This document shows, piece after piece, positions 1 to 9,114 of a stretch of DNA of 64,000 bases. The stretch is from a virus (lineage: Duplodnaviria > Caudoviricetes). Location: IMG/VR virus record IMGVR_UViG_3300025723_000017, positions 90,060 to 154,059 of that record, one strand, 5' to 3'. Below the pieces are notes generated by a model. It ran no database searches, was not told the origin of the DNA, and saw nothing but the letters and a program-made list of their open reading frames with translations. Made by a program: the position numbers and the translations under genes. Numbering within the stretch: position 1 is the stretch's first letter; the number at the start of each line of letters is the position of its first letter.

Positions 1-486
1 ATAGCAGCAGTTTCAAATGATGGTAGTGCAATAGTTTATATTATCGACGCTGGTATTACGCCTAGTGAAGCGGTACAACGGGCAGCAGTTTCACAATATG
101 GTGGAGCAATACTATATATTATCCGCGCTGGTATTACGCCTAGTGAAGCGGTACAAAAGGCAGCAGTTTCAAATGATGGTAGTGCAATAGTTTATATTAT
201 CGACGCTGGTATTACGCCTAGTGAAGCAGTGCAAATAGCAGCAGTTTCACAATATGGTGGAGCAATACTATATATTATCCGCGCTGGTATTACGCCCACG
301 GAAGCGGTACAAAAAACAGCAGTTTCACAACTTGGTCGTGTAATACGATATATTATCGACGCTGGGATTAAACCCACGGAAGCAGTACAAATAGCAGCAG
401 TTTCAAATGATGGGCTTGCAATAGAATTTATTATCGACGCTGGTATTACGCCCAGTAAAGCGGTAAGGCGAGCGTATTACAGCTAG
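1..486 (+). CDS. C-terminal part of a 24-aa tandem-repeat protein (5' truncated by window)
   Basis: Frame open from base 1; about 6.5 copies of a 72-bp unit encoding GITPSEAVQxAAVSxxGxAIxYIIxA. Confidence 0.8.
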   Translation: MAAVSNDGSAIVYIIDAGITPSEAVQRAAVSQYGGAILYIIRAGITPSEAVQKAAVSNDGSAIVYIIDAGITPSEAVQIAAVSQYGGAILYIIRAGITPTEAVQKTAVSQLGRVIRYIIDAGIKPTEAVQIAAVSNDGLAIEFIIDAGITPSKAVRRAYYS

Positions 487-588
487 TGAAGCAGTAATCC
501 AAGCAGCTGGCAAAAGATAACCATACCGTTTGACAATATAATGTAGCCGTGTTACTATAACTTAACATTAACATTATAAGGAAGTTGA

Positions 589-1185
589 ATGCCCAGTTTA
601 ATCCCCATGGTAGTAGAGCAAACCTCAAAAGGCGAAAGATCCTACGATATCTATAGTCGGCTATTACGAGACCGTATTGTTATGCTGGATACAGATGTCA
701 ATGAAACTAGTGCAAGTCTAGTAGTGGCACAGATGTTATTTCTCGAAGCCGAAGATCCCGCTGCAGACATCCTATTTTATATTAATTCACCAGGTGGGTC
801 AGTTACAGCGGGCATGGCTATTTACGATACCATGCAGTTTATTCAGTGTGACGTTTCAACTATTGTCATGGGACAGGCCTGTAGTATGGGTAGTCTACTG
901 GCACAAGCAGGCACCGCTGGCAAACGTTTAATCCTTCCCCGCGCTAGACATATGATTCATCAACCATCAGGTGGTGCACGTGGACAAGCTACGGACATGC
1001 TGATTCAAGTTAATGAAATTCTCAAGATGAAACGGGAGTTAACTGGAATCTACGTGACGCATAATTCTGCAAACAAGACATACAGTGAACTGGAACAGGA
1101 TATGGAACGGGACAACTTTATGTCAGCCGAAGAAGCTGTGGCATATGGTCTAGCTGACAAAATTGTTGCCAAACGAGGACAGTAA
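589..1185 (+). CDS. clpP: ATP-dependent Clp protease proteolytic subunit
   Basis: [39 protein letters not shown] (catalytic Ser), [10 protein letters not shown] (His), [18 protein letters not shown]; TTGACA-17-TACTAT promoter upstream. Confidence 0.97.
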   Translation: MPSLIPMVVEQTSKGERSYDIYSRLLRDRIVMLDTDVNETSASLVVAQMLFLEAEDPAADILFYINSPGGSVTAGMAIYDTMQFIQCDVSTIVMGQACSMGSLLAQAGTAGKRLILPRARHMIHQPSGGARGQATDMLIQVNEILKMKRELTGIYVTHNSANKTYSELEQDMERDNFMSAEEAVAYGLADKIVAKRGQ

Positions 1186-1249
1186 CCTTCTGCGTCTGAC
1201 TATTGAACTAGAGAACTAAGGCGCGAAGCGCCCTAGCTCCTGAGCCACA

Positions 1250-1480
1250 ATGAAAAAAGTTTTAATTGATCCCGATAGTTATAAACCCATTAATCCCGGT
1301 CGGCTGTCTGAGATGATGACAGATTGGTGTAAACTGCAAAATCTAGAATACGGACATGACTATGCCTGGAGTTATCGACCCATATCTCTAAATAACCTTC
1401 CTCACATAGTAATGGAATTTCGTTTTTACAACGATGACAGCAACGTAGCAACCATGTTTGCACTAAAATGGCGTAGATAA
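1250..1480 (+). CDS. Small F-x-L-[RK]-W family protein
   Basis: Ends ATMFALKWRR; internal WC motif. Confidence 0.75.
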   Translation: MKKVLIDPDSYKPINPGRLSEMMTDWCKLQNLEYGHDYAWSYRPISLNNLPHIVMEFRFYNDDSNVATMFALKWRR

Positions 1481-1701
1481 ATGATAGATAAAGAACTTAC
1501 GGGAAAGTATACCGACGAAGAAATACAGCAAATAGGCCTATGGTTAGATCAGTATATGCCCAATCCGCCCTTATCTCTTAAACAACGATGGAGTGTGGGA
1601 CATCACTGGATACAAAATGATGAATTCTCCTTCGGCAGATGGGCATACAGTTTACTGATGATCGAGATGCTACACTATTCGCACTACGCTGGGAAAAATA
1701 A
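1481..1701 (+). pseudogene. Frameshifted F-x-L-[RK]-W family gene
   Basis: Alternative frame near 1640-1701 reads GIQFTDDRDATLFALRWEK*, the family C-terminus, out of frame with the ORF starting at 1481. Confidence 0.65.
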
Positions 1702-1748
1702 CAGTCCAGGATGACAATGAAATCGTGGATTTACCTGGGAGGGAATAG

Positions 1749-1964
1749 ATGATTATAGTTAAAATACCACATAATGATACTCAGTTACTTGCTACTAAAC
1801 GTGCCATTAAAATGAGTAATTGGTGTAAGGAAAACGGACTAGTACATAGTAAGGACTATGATTGGGCATTTAGGAATCTGTCAAATGAAATACACTTTAG
1901 ATTCTATAGTGATGATCAAAGCCTAGCCACCATGTTTGCACTATTATTTAACAAAGGCAGATGA
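1749..1964 (+). CDS. Small F-x-L-[RK]-W-related protein (paralogue of 1250)
   Basis: WCKENGLVHSKDYDW...FRFYSDDQSLATMFALL; GGAGG RBS. Confidence 0.75.
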   Translation: MIIVKIPHNDTQLLATKRAIKMSNWCKENGLVHSKDYDWAFRNLSNEIHFRFYSDDQSLATMFALLFNKGR

Positions 1965-2354
1965 CTAAATTACTGTATCTAGATGATACTGTAAGTATGA
2001 TTCTATACAGTGTGGAGATAGAAAAATTTGTGGCCAAAATTTTTTGATCAGCTGATTTAAATCCTGATGAAGTTTTTGACCCCTGGGGTCCTACATAGTG
2101 GAAGAAGATTGATTTATACGATCCAGGATTGACAAAATTGATTTATACGATCCAGGATTGACGCAAAGCTAGTATACATACAATGTATTGTAGCTAAAAA
2201 ACAACACCGGGGTGTCCGAAGTTTTTGAAATAGCTAAATTATAGCATGTAATTTTATAAAATGCAAGCGCATAAAATGCAAGCGCATAAAATGCACGCTG
2301 TAACGCATTAGTACAGCGTAGTGTACATAATGCGTTACAGCGTGCTTGCTACGC

Positions 2355-2969
2355 TTACAGCGTGCTTGCTACGCTTACAGTTTGCTTGTTAGCTGTAATG
2401 CTAACTAAGTTAGCTAGTGCAATAGTGCGCACTTTTACAGTATGTAACACGTTGTTAGCTACGTTGTGCGTTACAGCACTTTGCGCTAGCAGTTTGTTGC
2501 GTGCGCTAGCAGTTAAGTATTGTGCTACTTGTAGCTTAGTTGCTAATTGGCCGTTAATAAAATACATACTGCTAGCGTTGTTAAATATAGCGTATAAGTA
2601 CAGCGCATTAGTTTGCTTGTGCTTAACTATGCTATGTACGTTAGTGTGTGTAAAATAGTTACTTTGCGTTGTAAAGTTAGCTACGTTGCTAGCGTTGTTA
2701 GCTTCAATATTATTTGCACTTTTTTGTACAGCGTTAGCGTAAACGTTAGTAAATGCGCTAATGTTGCTAAAAAGTTGCACGTTAGCACTAACTACTTTTT
2801 TAATGCTAACTAAGTTGTGTTTTGCGCTAGTAGCTACTTGCGTAACGTAGCATACGTTAGCAAACGTAGTGCTTTTGTTAGCAAGTAATACTTGTATAGT
2901 TTGTGCGCTAATTGTGTTAGCGTTAGCGTGTGCTGTAAGTGCTTGTTGTGCTTGCTGTAAATTTAACAT
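2355..2969 (-). CDS. Hypothetical protein nearly lacking D/E/G/P/W
   Basis: 204-aa ORF downstream of a TTGCAA-17-TATAAT promoter; lies in the dinucleotide-depleted tract. Confidence 0.7.
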   Translation of the reverse strand: MLNLQQAQQALTAHANANTISAQTIQVLLANKSTTFANVCYVTQVATSAKHNLVSIKKVVSANVQLFSNISAFTNVYANAVQKSANNIEANNASNVANFTTQSNYFTHTNVHSIVKHKQTNALYLYAIFNNASSMYFINGQLATKLQVAQYLTASARNKLLAQSAVTHNVANNVLHTVKVRTIALANLVSITANKQTVSVASTL

Positions 2970-3015
2970 TTTTGTTTACGCTTATAAAATGTGTTTAAGT
3001 TGTTTACTGCAACTA

Positions 3016-3203
3016 AATTATACTGCTAACTGCGCTAATTTGCAAGTGCTACTTTGTTGCAAAAAAACAACGCTTGCTAACTGCTGTACTGCTTACTATG
3101 CAGTAATTATACTGCTAACTGCGCTAATTTGCAAGTGCTACTTTGTTGCAAAAAAACAACGCTTGCTAACTGCTGTACTGCTTACTATGCAGTAATTATA
3201 CTA
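3016..3203. repeat. 89-bp tandem duplication carrying a minus-strand promoter and a GTTG-N8-CAAC palindrome
   Basis: AATTATACT recurs at 3016, 3105 and 3194 with identical intervening sequence. Confidence 0.9.
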
Positions 3204-3238
3204 CTTGCGTAGCTAATACGCAAGTAGTATTTTGTAAG

Positions 3239-3586
3239 TTATGCGCTAGCAAATAAGCGCAACAATACGCTATTGTTGTCCGTTGTTACAATTTGCGCAT
3301 TGTAACGCTTTGCAATAATTAGCAAGTTAGTGCATACTTGCGCTTTAGCTACTTTAACTGCTATAAACTTAGCACGCAAGTTAGTATAAACACGCTTAGT
3401 AAAATATTGTGCTTGTACTGCTTGCGCTAGTGCTTGCGCTTGTGCGTGTTGTTCGTTTGTGTACAAGTGCGCATTTTTTGCATTTTGCGCTTGCACTTGT
3501 AACACGCTTATATAACGTGCGTGCTTTACAGCGTTGTTTTTTGTTGTTAAAACAACGTGCGCTACTGCTTGAGGCTTTTTTTGCAT
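3239..3586 (-). CDS. Hypothetical protein nearly lacking D/E/G/P/W
   Basis: 115-aa ORF with the same AAGCGTAAACAAAATG leader and TTGCAA-type promoter as 2355-2969. Confidence 0.7.
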   Translation of the reverse strand: MQKKPQAVAHVVLTTKNNAVKHARYISVLQVQAQNAKNAHLYTNEQHAQAQALAQAVQAQYFTKRVYTNLRAKFIAVKVAKAQVCTNLLIIAKRYNAQIVTTDNNSVLLRLFASA

Positions 3587-3943
3587 TTTGTTTACGCTTT
3601 ATAAAATGTTGTTAAGCTACTTGTTTACTGCAAGCTAAATTATACTGCTAACTGTGCTAATTTGCAAGTGCTATTTTGTTGCACGTTTACAACACTTGCT
3701 AACTGCTGTACTGCTGTACTGCAAGCTAAATTATACTGCGCATTGTTTTAATTTGCAAGTGCTATTTTGTTGCAAAAAAACAACGTAATTAACGCTTGCA
3801 ATTTAGCGCAAACGACTTTACAATGTAGTTGTTGTTAGCAGTTAGCAGTTAGCAAGTGTTGTTTTTTTGCAACAAAGTAGTGCTTGCAAGTTAGCGCAAA
3901 ATGCGTTACAATGTAGTTGTTGTTAACAAAAAGGAGCTGTACT

Positions 3944-4174
3944 ATGTTAAATAGCACAAACGTTCGTCGCCTAGGCGAGATGGCGGCAGAATTTGGCCTT
4001 GATTCTTTTTTCAGCACAATGCGAGTGTTGCATAATTGCGACAACAAAGACCAGCTTAATACGCAGGACGAAGCTGTACTGTATAACATAGCAGAGGAAG
4101 CTGTGCAATACGTTGTGCAGTATCAAATGTCAGCACTAAAAGAAGCTTTAGCAGAACTTAACGCTAAAGTGTAA
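3944..4174 (+). CDS. Hypothetical protein
   Basis: AGGAG RBS then ATG 3944; similar to 4263 (VRRL.....E.GLD.F). Confidence 0.75.
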   Translation: MLNSTNVRRLGEMAAEFGLDSFFSTMRVLHNCDNKDQLNTQDEAVLYNIAEEAVQYVVQYQMSALKEALAELNAKV

Positions 4175-4262
4175 CAAAAAAGCACTTGCGTTTTAATAGC
4201 GCAAGTGCTACAATGTAGTTGTTGTGCAGTAAGTAGTTTAACTTTTAACAAAAGGATCTACT

Positions 4263-4496
4263 ATGAGCGTAAAACGCCTAGCTGTTTTTGCCCGTGAACG
4301 CGGCCTGGATGACTTCTGTGACGTCATGCTGACACTGGACCAAATGGATCAGAAGGGAGACCTGATGCCAGGAGACCCCATCTTTGATCTGCTCGAGGAT
4401 GTTAACGAAGAGTTAACACGCTTTATGAGCCTGTACCGAACCCGCATGCTCAAACCCGAATACGTGCAGACCTATCCCGAGACTGCACTGGCTTAA
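4263..4496 (+). CDS. Hypothetical protein
   Basis: Own promoter and AAGGA RBS; paralogue of 3944. Confidence 0.75.
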   Translation: MSVKRLAVFARERGLDDFCDVMLTLDQMDQKGDLMPGDPIFDLLEDVNEELTRFMSLYRTRMLKPEYVQTYPETALA

Positions 4497-4501
4497 ACCA
4501 A

Positions 4502-4521
4502 GGGGCTCGGGCCCCGTTTTT
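4502..4521 (+). terminator. Rho-independent terminator
   Basis: GGGGC-TCGG-GCCCC followed by T run; the same GGGGC/GCCCC stem recurs near 4789, 10242, 11519, 13042. Confidence 0.75.
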
Positions 4522-4587
4522 AGGTTGAAATCTGCAGGCCAAATTCTGCAGACCAAATTCTAGGATCAAATTTCTCAGGAGAACTAC

Positions 4588-4785
4588 ATGGCTTCAGTAG
4601 AAGGCAAGACCGTCAAGGTGGGTGACTACGTTTGTTTTAAATCAGACTTTGAGCAAACGGGCAAAATTGTCAAAATTAACGGCAATAACTTGACCCTGTT
4701 CAGGGATGACGAGGGGTTTGGCGGCGACTACATTGGCGGCGAGAACTACACAACGGTACACGCCGCCGACTGTTGGATCGATTAG
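4588..4785 (+). CDS. Small SH3/KOW-like beta protein
   Basis: VKVGDYVCFKSDFEQTGKIVKI pattern; AGGAG RBS; followed by terminator. Confidence 0.7.
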   Translation: MASVEGKTVKVGDYVCFKSDFEQTGKIVKINGNNLTLFRDDEGFGGDYIGGENYTTVHAADCWID

Positions 4786-5187
4786 TCCAGGGGCTCAGGC
4801 CCCATTTTTTGTTTATTTTCTTGGCCTCAAAATCTAGGATGAAATTCTCAGAGTCAAATTCCCAGGGTCAAATTCTTGACCCTCATCTCCATTATCAAAT
4901 CTGCTAGACCAATCTCTCGTCAGCCTCTGACTCCACAGGCGAAATTCCCAGGGTCAAATCGTCATGGCGAAGGTCATACACAAGGCCAAATCTTTAACGC
5001 TACACGACAGAATCCTAACCTTGACATCACCTCTAGCCGTTGATGTTGGTCTACGAAGTCTAGTTCTGTCTACGACAGGGTCAAATCGTCTCGCCAATAT
5101 TAAATCCCTGAAGGGATTTTGTAGAATTGACCTTTGCTGTCAAAGGTCTCGGCTAATGTCTAAGCCTCTGTTTCGCAGGGTCAAATC

Positions 5188-5394
5188 TTAGACTGAAGTC
5201 TGCTGCCTAAGTCTCAGGATAAAGGCTTCGTGTAGCTCGTCAACTTCTTCCTGCCAAAGATACAGGTCAGTTCTGGGATCGTAGTATTGACCTTCACGTA
5301 CATCATAGTAAAGAACACGCCCTGTGGCAAAGGCATAGGGACCTTCTAATCCCGGGCGAGGTTTGTAAGGCCAAGTTGCAGATTTCTGTCGCAT
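5188..5394 (-). CDS. Hypothetical phage protein
   Basis: GLEGPY...GRVLYYD..EGQYYDPRTD; probable ATG 5394. Confidence 0.65.
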   Translation of the reverse strand: MRQKSATWPYKPRPGLEGPYAFATGRVLYYDVREGQYYDPRTDLYLWQEEVDELHEAFILRLRQQTSV

Positions 5395-5596
5395 AATAAA
5401 GTCTCGATATTGAAATTTCAAACGTGTCGTCTAAGACGAAAAGTCTAAGATTGAAGTCTAAGATTGAAGTCTATTTGGGAAAACATCGCCCTAGGATCGA
5501 GGCCACAAGCATAACACCTAGAACTGCCAGTGCAGGATAAGTTAGATAAAATATCAAGTTTAACACGTTTGTCTCCCCTGCCTGTAGGCTGAGCTG

Positions 5597-5764
5597 TTAA
5601 CTGTTGATGGTGCGGAAGGGACTGTAAATGTCTTCAACCAATCGTTGCTGTGCAGTGGGACTCCACTGGCTGAAATCCTTAACTGACCCAGCCTCAAGAT
5701 ATATTCCTGTCTCCTGCTGCTGTGTATAGTCAGGGTCTTCGTATACTACTTCGAATGATGTCAT
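5597..5764 (-). CDS. Hypothetical protein
   Basis: AGGA RBS and own promoter (5789-5817) place the start at MTSFEV. Confidence 0.6.
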   Translation of the reverse strand: MTSFEVVYEDPDYTQQQETGIYLEAGSVKDFSQWSPTAQQRLVEDIYSPFRTINS

Positions 5765-5813
5765 TGCGTCAATCCTGGTTAAAATATTATTATACTGTCT
5801 GGGCTCCTGTCTG

Positions 5814-6080
5814 TCAAGCCCAGGTGATTTCGGTACCCTGGATGGTGTGATCCAGTCCCTGCTCGATGACATAGAGGTCTACGGTATAGCCATTCCGCTT
5901 CAATAGTTTAGAGGCCAAATACCATTCGTTACTAGAGGGGCGCGACCAAAAAGAACCCCCCAATCGAATACCTCGTTTTCCTGACTCCGCGGCATCTTTG
6001 ATCAAGGGATAAACTGCCTCCACCTGTTTTATATGGTCTGATTCCATTAACTGTTTAGCCTCGGCTGCTGTGATCTTCAT
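5814..6080 (-). CDS. Hypothetical early protein
   Basis: Own promoter/RBS; paralogues at 6835-7103 and 22027. Confidence 0.8.
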   Translation of the reverse strand: MKITAAEAKQLMESDHIKQVEAVYPLIKDAAESGKRGIRLGGSFWSRPSSNEWYLASKLLKRNGYTVDLYVIEQGLDHTIQGTEITWA

Positions 6081-6154
6081 AGCGGATTCCTGTTGGGTTA
6101 CTTAACAGTGATTATAACTGACAATGATGTAATTGTCACCCGATAAGATAAGGT

Positions 6155-6388
6155 CTACTCCAGCTCTTTGGTCCGCATCGCTGCGTATATCAATGCCGCG
6201 CTGTCGCGATTGCCCTTTAGGTATGCTTCAACGTAAGGTCGTAACTCCTCGTCAAAATTGGTAAGGTCGTAGTGCTTACAGCCCCCGCATCCGCCCATTG
6301 AATGCTGAATACTTGCGTCCATCATCGCTCGTGCAACCCGTTCCCCAAATTCTTTGACTTCCTCTGATGGGTAGTTGGGCACATTCAT
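6155..6388 (-). CDS. Hypothetical early protein
   Basis: Own promoter/GAGGA RBS. Confidence 0.75.
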   Translation of the reverse strand: MNVPNYPSEEVKEFGERVARAMMDASIQHSMGGCGGCKHYDLTNFDEELRPYVEAYLKGNRDSAALIYAAMRTKELE

Positions 6389-6471
6389 ATTAAATCCTCG
6401 CTTTCGTTCTTTAGTGTACTGTGATTATACCCAAAATTGACGTAATTGTCAACCCCTGTTGAAGAAGTTGA

Positions 6472-6774
6472 CTATTCTGTTGCCGGTTGTCTAGCGGCAA
6501 CGGCTGCAAGTTCAGCGGCATTGTGCTGTTGAGCAGCCACTGTACGCTTGGCTTCCTCATGTATACGAGTTCGCTGTTCTATCATAGCCGCCGCCACCAT
6601 ACGCTTGGCTTCCTCATGTATGCGAGTTCGCTGTTCCATCATAGCCGCCGCCACCTCATATGCCTTTTCCGCTAGACGGTCGTTATCTATTCGTGTTCCG
6701 ACTCGGGCCAACAGTCCCGTCATAGCATGGGCTGCCAACTGATCTAACATCTCACGTTTTTTGTCATCGATCAT
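6472..6774 (-). CDS. Hypothetical early protein with internal 60-bp duplication
   Basis: DQLAAHAMTGLLA...AYEVAAAM; AAAMxEQRTRIHEEAKR occurs twice. Confidence 0.8.
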   Translation of the reverse strand: MIDDKKREMLDQLAAHAMTGLLARVGTRIDNDRLAEKAYEVAAAMMEQRTRIHEEAKRMVAAAMIEQRTRIHEEAKRTVAAQQHNAAELAAVAARQPATE

Positions 6775-6834
6775 AGTCTTGCTCCGTATCGTTTAGTGTA
6801 TAACTATTATAGCCGTTTTTGATTTAATTGTCAA

Positions 6835-7103
6835 CTACCAGGATATTTGGGTACCTGTATCTTCTGTCCGATGTAATGACCGTAAAGACTTCACCTTGAA
6901 CCCTTGTTTTCTTAATAGGTCACAGGCTACAACCCATAGTACTTCGGGAGGATTACTGTCTCCGCCAGTCCAAAAAGGACCCCCAATCGAATACCCCCGT
7001 GACCTTTTGCCGCGGCCTCTTTAATATAAGTATACACCTTAGCTACTTCTTTCTCTGCTTGCTGGAGGGCAAGTTTTCTAGCTGCCTCTGCTGTGATCGT
7101 CAT
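6835..7103 (-). pseudogene. Frameshifted paralogue of 5814-6080
   Basis: G5 run where the paralogue has G6; adding one G restores GIRLGGPFW...LLRKQGFKV...GTQISW*. Confidence 0.75.
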
Positions 7104-7308
7104 TGAGGATTCCTGTTTGTTTACTGTATAGCTATAATAACTGACAATGATTTAATTGTCAATACCACAATGTTCTAATAGTGCCTGCGACAATTCGTCA
7201 CTTAACGTAGGGTTGACGTTGGATTTGATATGTGCTGCCCACACCCTGTACCACCCCTCTCTTACGCGGTCCAGGACCGCTTGGCCCTCAGGGGTTTCAA
7301 TCCAGTCA

Positions 7309-7584
7309 TCATTGATGCACGTCATCATCTACTCCAGTTGTTAATGTACTGTGATTATAACACCTGACTATTAAATTATCAACTGACACAACCGCTGTGT
7401 CAAAGCCCTGTACATACCCCTCCTGGTGACTCAGGGTCATGTGGTGATGAATCCAGGCTTGGAATCCTGCTAGGTCTACCTCCTGAGTTTTTACCCACTC
7501 GTACATCTGGACTTCGGTGATGTCTGCCATCGCATAGGTTTTATTTTTACTTGCTATCTGGTTAGATGAACGAATGTATCGCAT
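7309..7584 (-). CDS. Hypothetical early protein
   Basis: AGGAG RBS, duplicated as a 39-bp tandem repeat at about 7560-7636. Confidence 0.55.
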   Translation of the reverse strand: MRYIRSSNQIASKNKTYAMADITEVQMYEWVKTQEVDLAGFQAWIHHHMTLSHQEGYVQGFDTAVVSVDNLIVRCYNHSTLTTGVDDDVHQ

Positions 7585-7682
7585 AATAACTCCTTTTCTG
7601 GTTAGATGAACGAATGTATCGCATAATAACTCCTTTGAGTGGTAGTCTACTGCTATTATAAACAGAGACGTCGTAATTGTCA

Positions 7683-7834
7683 AATGGTAGAGGGATTCGA
7701 ACCCTCACAGACGAGTCGGTCGTGTTCGCTCGTCCCAACAGTTTTTGCCATGAACACGAGGGATGGGGTTACCCGTCATCTCCTATCCGTATCGGCTCGT
7801 CCACGTCGGCGGATACCATTTTCGCCATACCATA
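7683..7834 (-). ncRNA. tRNA-like RNA with a large insertion replacing the anticodon/variable region
   Basis: Acceptor ATGGTA/TACCAT, D-arm-like GCGAAAATGGTATCCGC, T arm GAGGG-TTCGAAT-CCCTC; internal stems GACGAG/CTCGTC and TCGTGTTC/GAACACGA. Confidence 0.7.
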
Positions 7835-7925
7835 TTGAAATACACTTACTGGATAAACTTGCTACGACTGGGCGTAGTCACCTCTAGTTGGCTTTATCAC
7901 ATCCACTAATAAATGTACTTCAATA

Positions 7926-8041
7926 TGGTGTCTAACGTGGGATTCGAACCCACAATGTGCAACGGTGTCGATGACGTTACCATCATCGGGGGGTTTAAGC
8001 ATCCCACCGCCGTCTGCGACTCTCCAGATCGCCGGATAGAC
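7926..8041 (-). ncRNA. tRNA-like RNA with an expanded, branched anticodon region and encoded CCA
   Basis: Acceptor GTCTATC/GTTAGAC + A + CCA, D arm GCGA-TCTGGAGAG-TCGC, T arm GTGGG-TTCGAAT-CCCAC; about 116 nt. Confidence 0.7.
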
Positions 8042-8415
8042 AAGGTATTAAAATACATTACGCTGGTCTACGTCCAGTTGCGCTTTTGACTTCCATCGCA
8101 TATAAATGTATTTCAATATAACTAGATTATACTAGATGTTGACGTAGTTGTCAACCCGCTTCAGTAATGAAACCCCTAAGCTTCTGCTCCGGCACCGACT
8201 GTAACAACTCCGCCAGGGCAGTCAAGTCTTCATTTCTAATGTCAACCTGTATCTGCAATAACACCATGTCAATTAGGCTGCTGTCCATCGTCTACTCCCG
8301 TTTGTTTACTGTAACTAAATTATACTGAGAATTCCTCAGTCAGTCAAGCGTCGGCAATATTACTCTGCCGACAGATCAACTATGCCGGCAGAGGATACTG
8401 GGGATTACAATGTTG

Positions 8416-8697
8416 TTAATACATTACAATGTTGCTGATACGCAAATACGTGTCGTAACTGCAATAATCACGCTTTGCAGGCATTACACGCACGCGAGCC
8501 TGGGGATAGAGTGCTTGCAAAGCATCAGCAACAAATTGTAGCTGTGCTGGACTAGTGCTGTGATAAAAGCCGTAGGCTACGCTACGCTTGTTAGCGTCTA
8601 GACGACTTGTTTTGTTAGTGTAAGTACACGTAGGGGAGAGGTTAGCGTAGTCTAAGAACTTTTTTGCACTGCTGCGCACTTGTGTAACTGTTGGCAT
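8416..8697 (-). CDS. Hypothetical early protein
   Basis: Own promoter/AGGAG RBS. Confidence 0.75.
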   Translation of the reverse strand: MPTVTQVRSSAKKFLDYANLSPTCTYTNKTSRLDANKRSVAYGFYHSTSPAQLQFVADALQALYPQARVRVMPAKRDYCSYDTYLRISNIVMY

Positions 8698-8752
8698 TAC
8701 TAGCTCCTGTTTGTTTACTGTAAAGTTATTATACTGCGGGTCCGGCCGATTG

Positions 8753-9022
8753 TCAAGCGTTATTTTGCATTAGCTTTTTTAATACTGCTTTGTTGCAGTC
8801 AACCAATGTCAACGCTGTATTACTGCGTTGTTGCAATTTAGCAATGGCGTCAGCAAGTTGACCAGAGGTAGCAGTATCACTAAGAGTAGCGTAGTATAAC
8901 GCATTTCTAGCGTTAAAATTGTTATGTATGTCAGCAGTAACAACGAAAAACTGCGCACTTAAATTCTTCTTAAGACGAACAGTTGCGTACAGTGTATTCT
9001 GTGCAGAGTTTGTGTTTAACAT
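8753..9022 (-). CDS. Hypothetical early protein
   Basis: AAGCGTAGACAAAAATG leader as in the 2.3-3.6 kb genes; stop lies in the next -35 box. Confidence 0.7.
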   Translation of the reverse strand: MLNTNSAQNTLYATVRLKKNLSAQFFVVTADIHNNFNARNALYYATLSDTATSGQLADAIAKLQQRSNTALTLVDCNKAVLKKLMQNNA

Positions 9023-9114
9023 TTTTGTCTACGCTTATGAAAAATTGTTTAACTTGTTACTGTAAAACTATTATACTGCCTAACTAACTAATAGTCAAGC
9101 AGTATAACATTACG

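Noticed and set aside
2362-3615. Plus-strand ORFs 2362, 2613, 2869 and 3409
   Set aside because: Shadows of minus-strand genes and promoter repeats; TGA cannot occur in GA-free DNA, which lengthens chance ORFs
4964-5191. 75-aa ORF
   Set aside because: Runs through the CAAAT repeat tract, has no RBS, likely spurious
7639-7887. 82-aa plus-strand ORF
   Set aside because: Antisense to the tRNA-like RNA and promoter; no RBS
7683-8041. tmRNA or group I intron-containing tRNAs
   Set aside because: Inserts are only about 50-100 nt, with no tag reading frame or group I core recognisable
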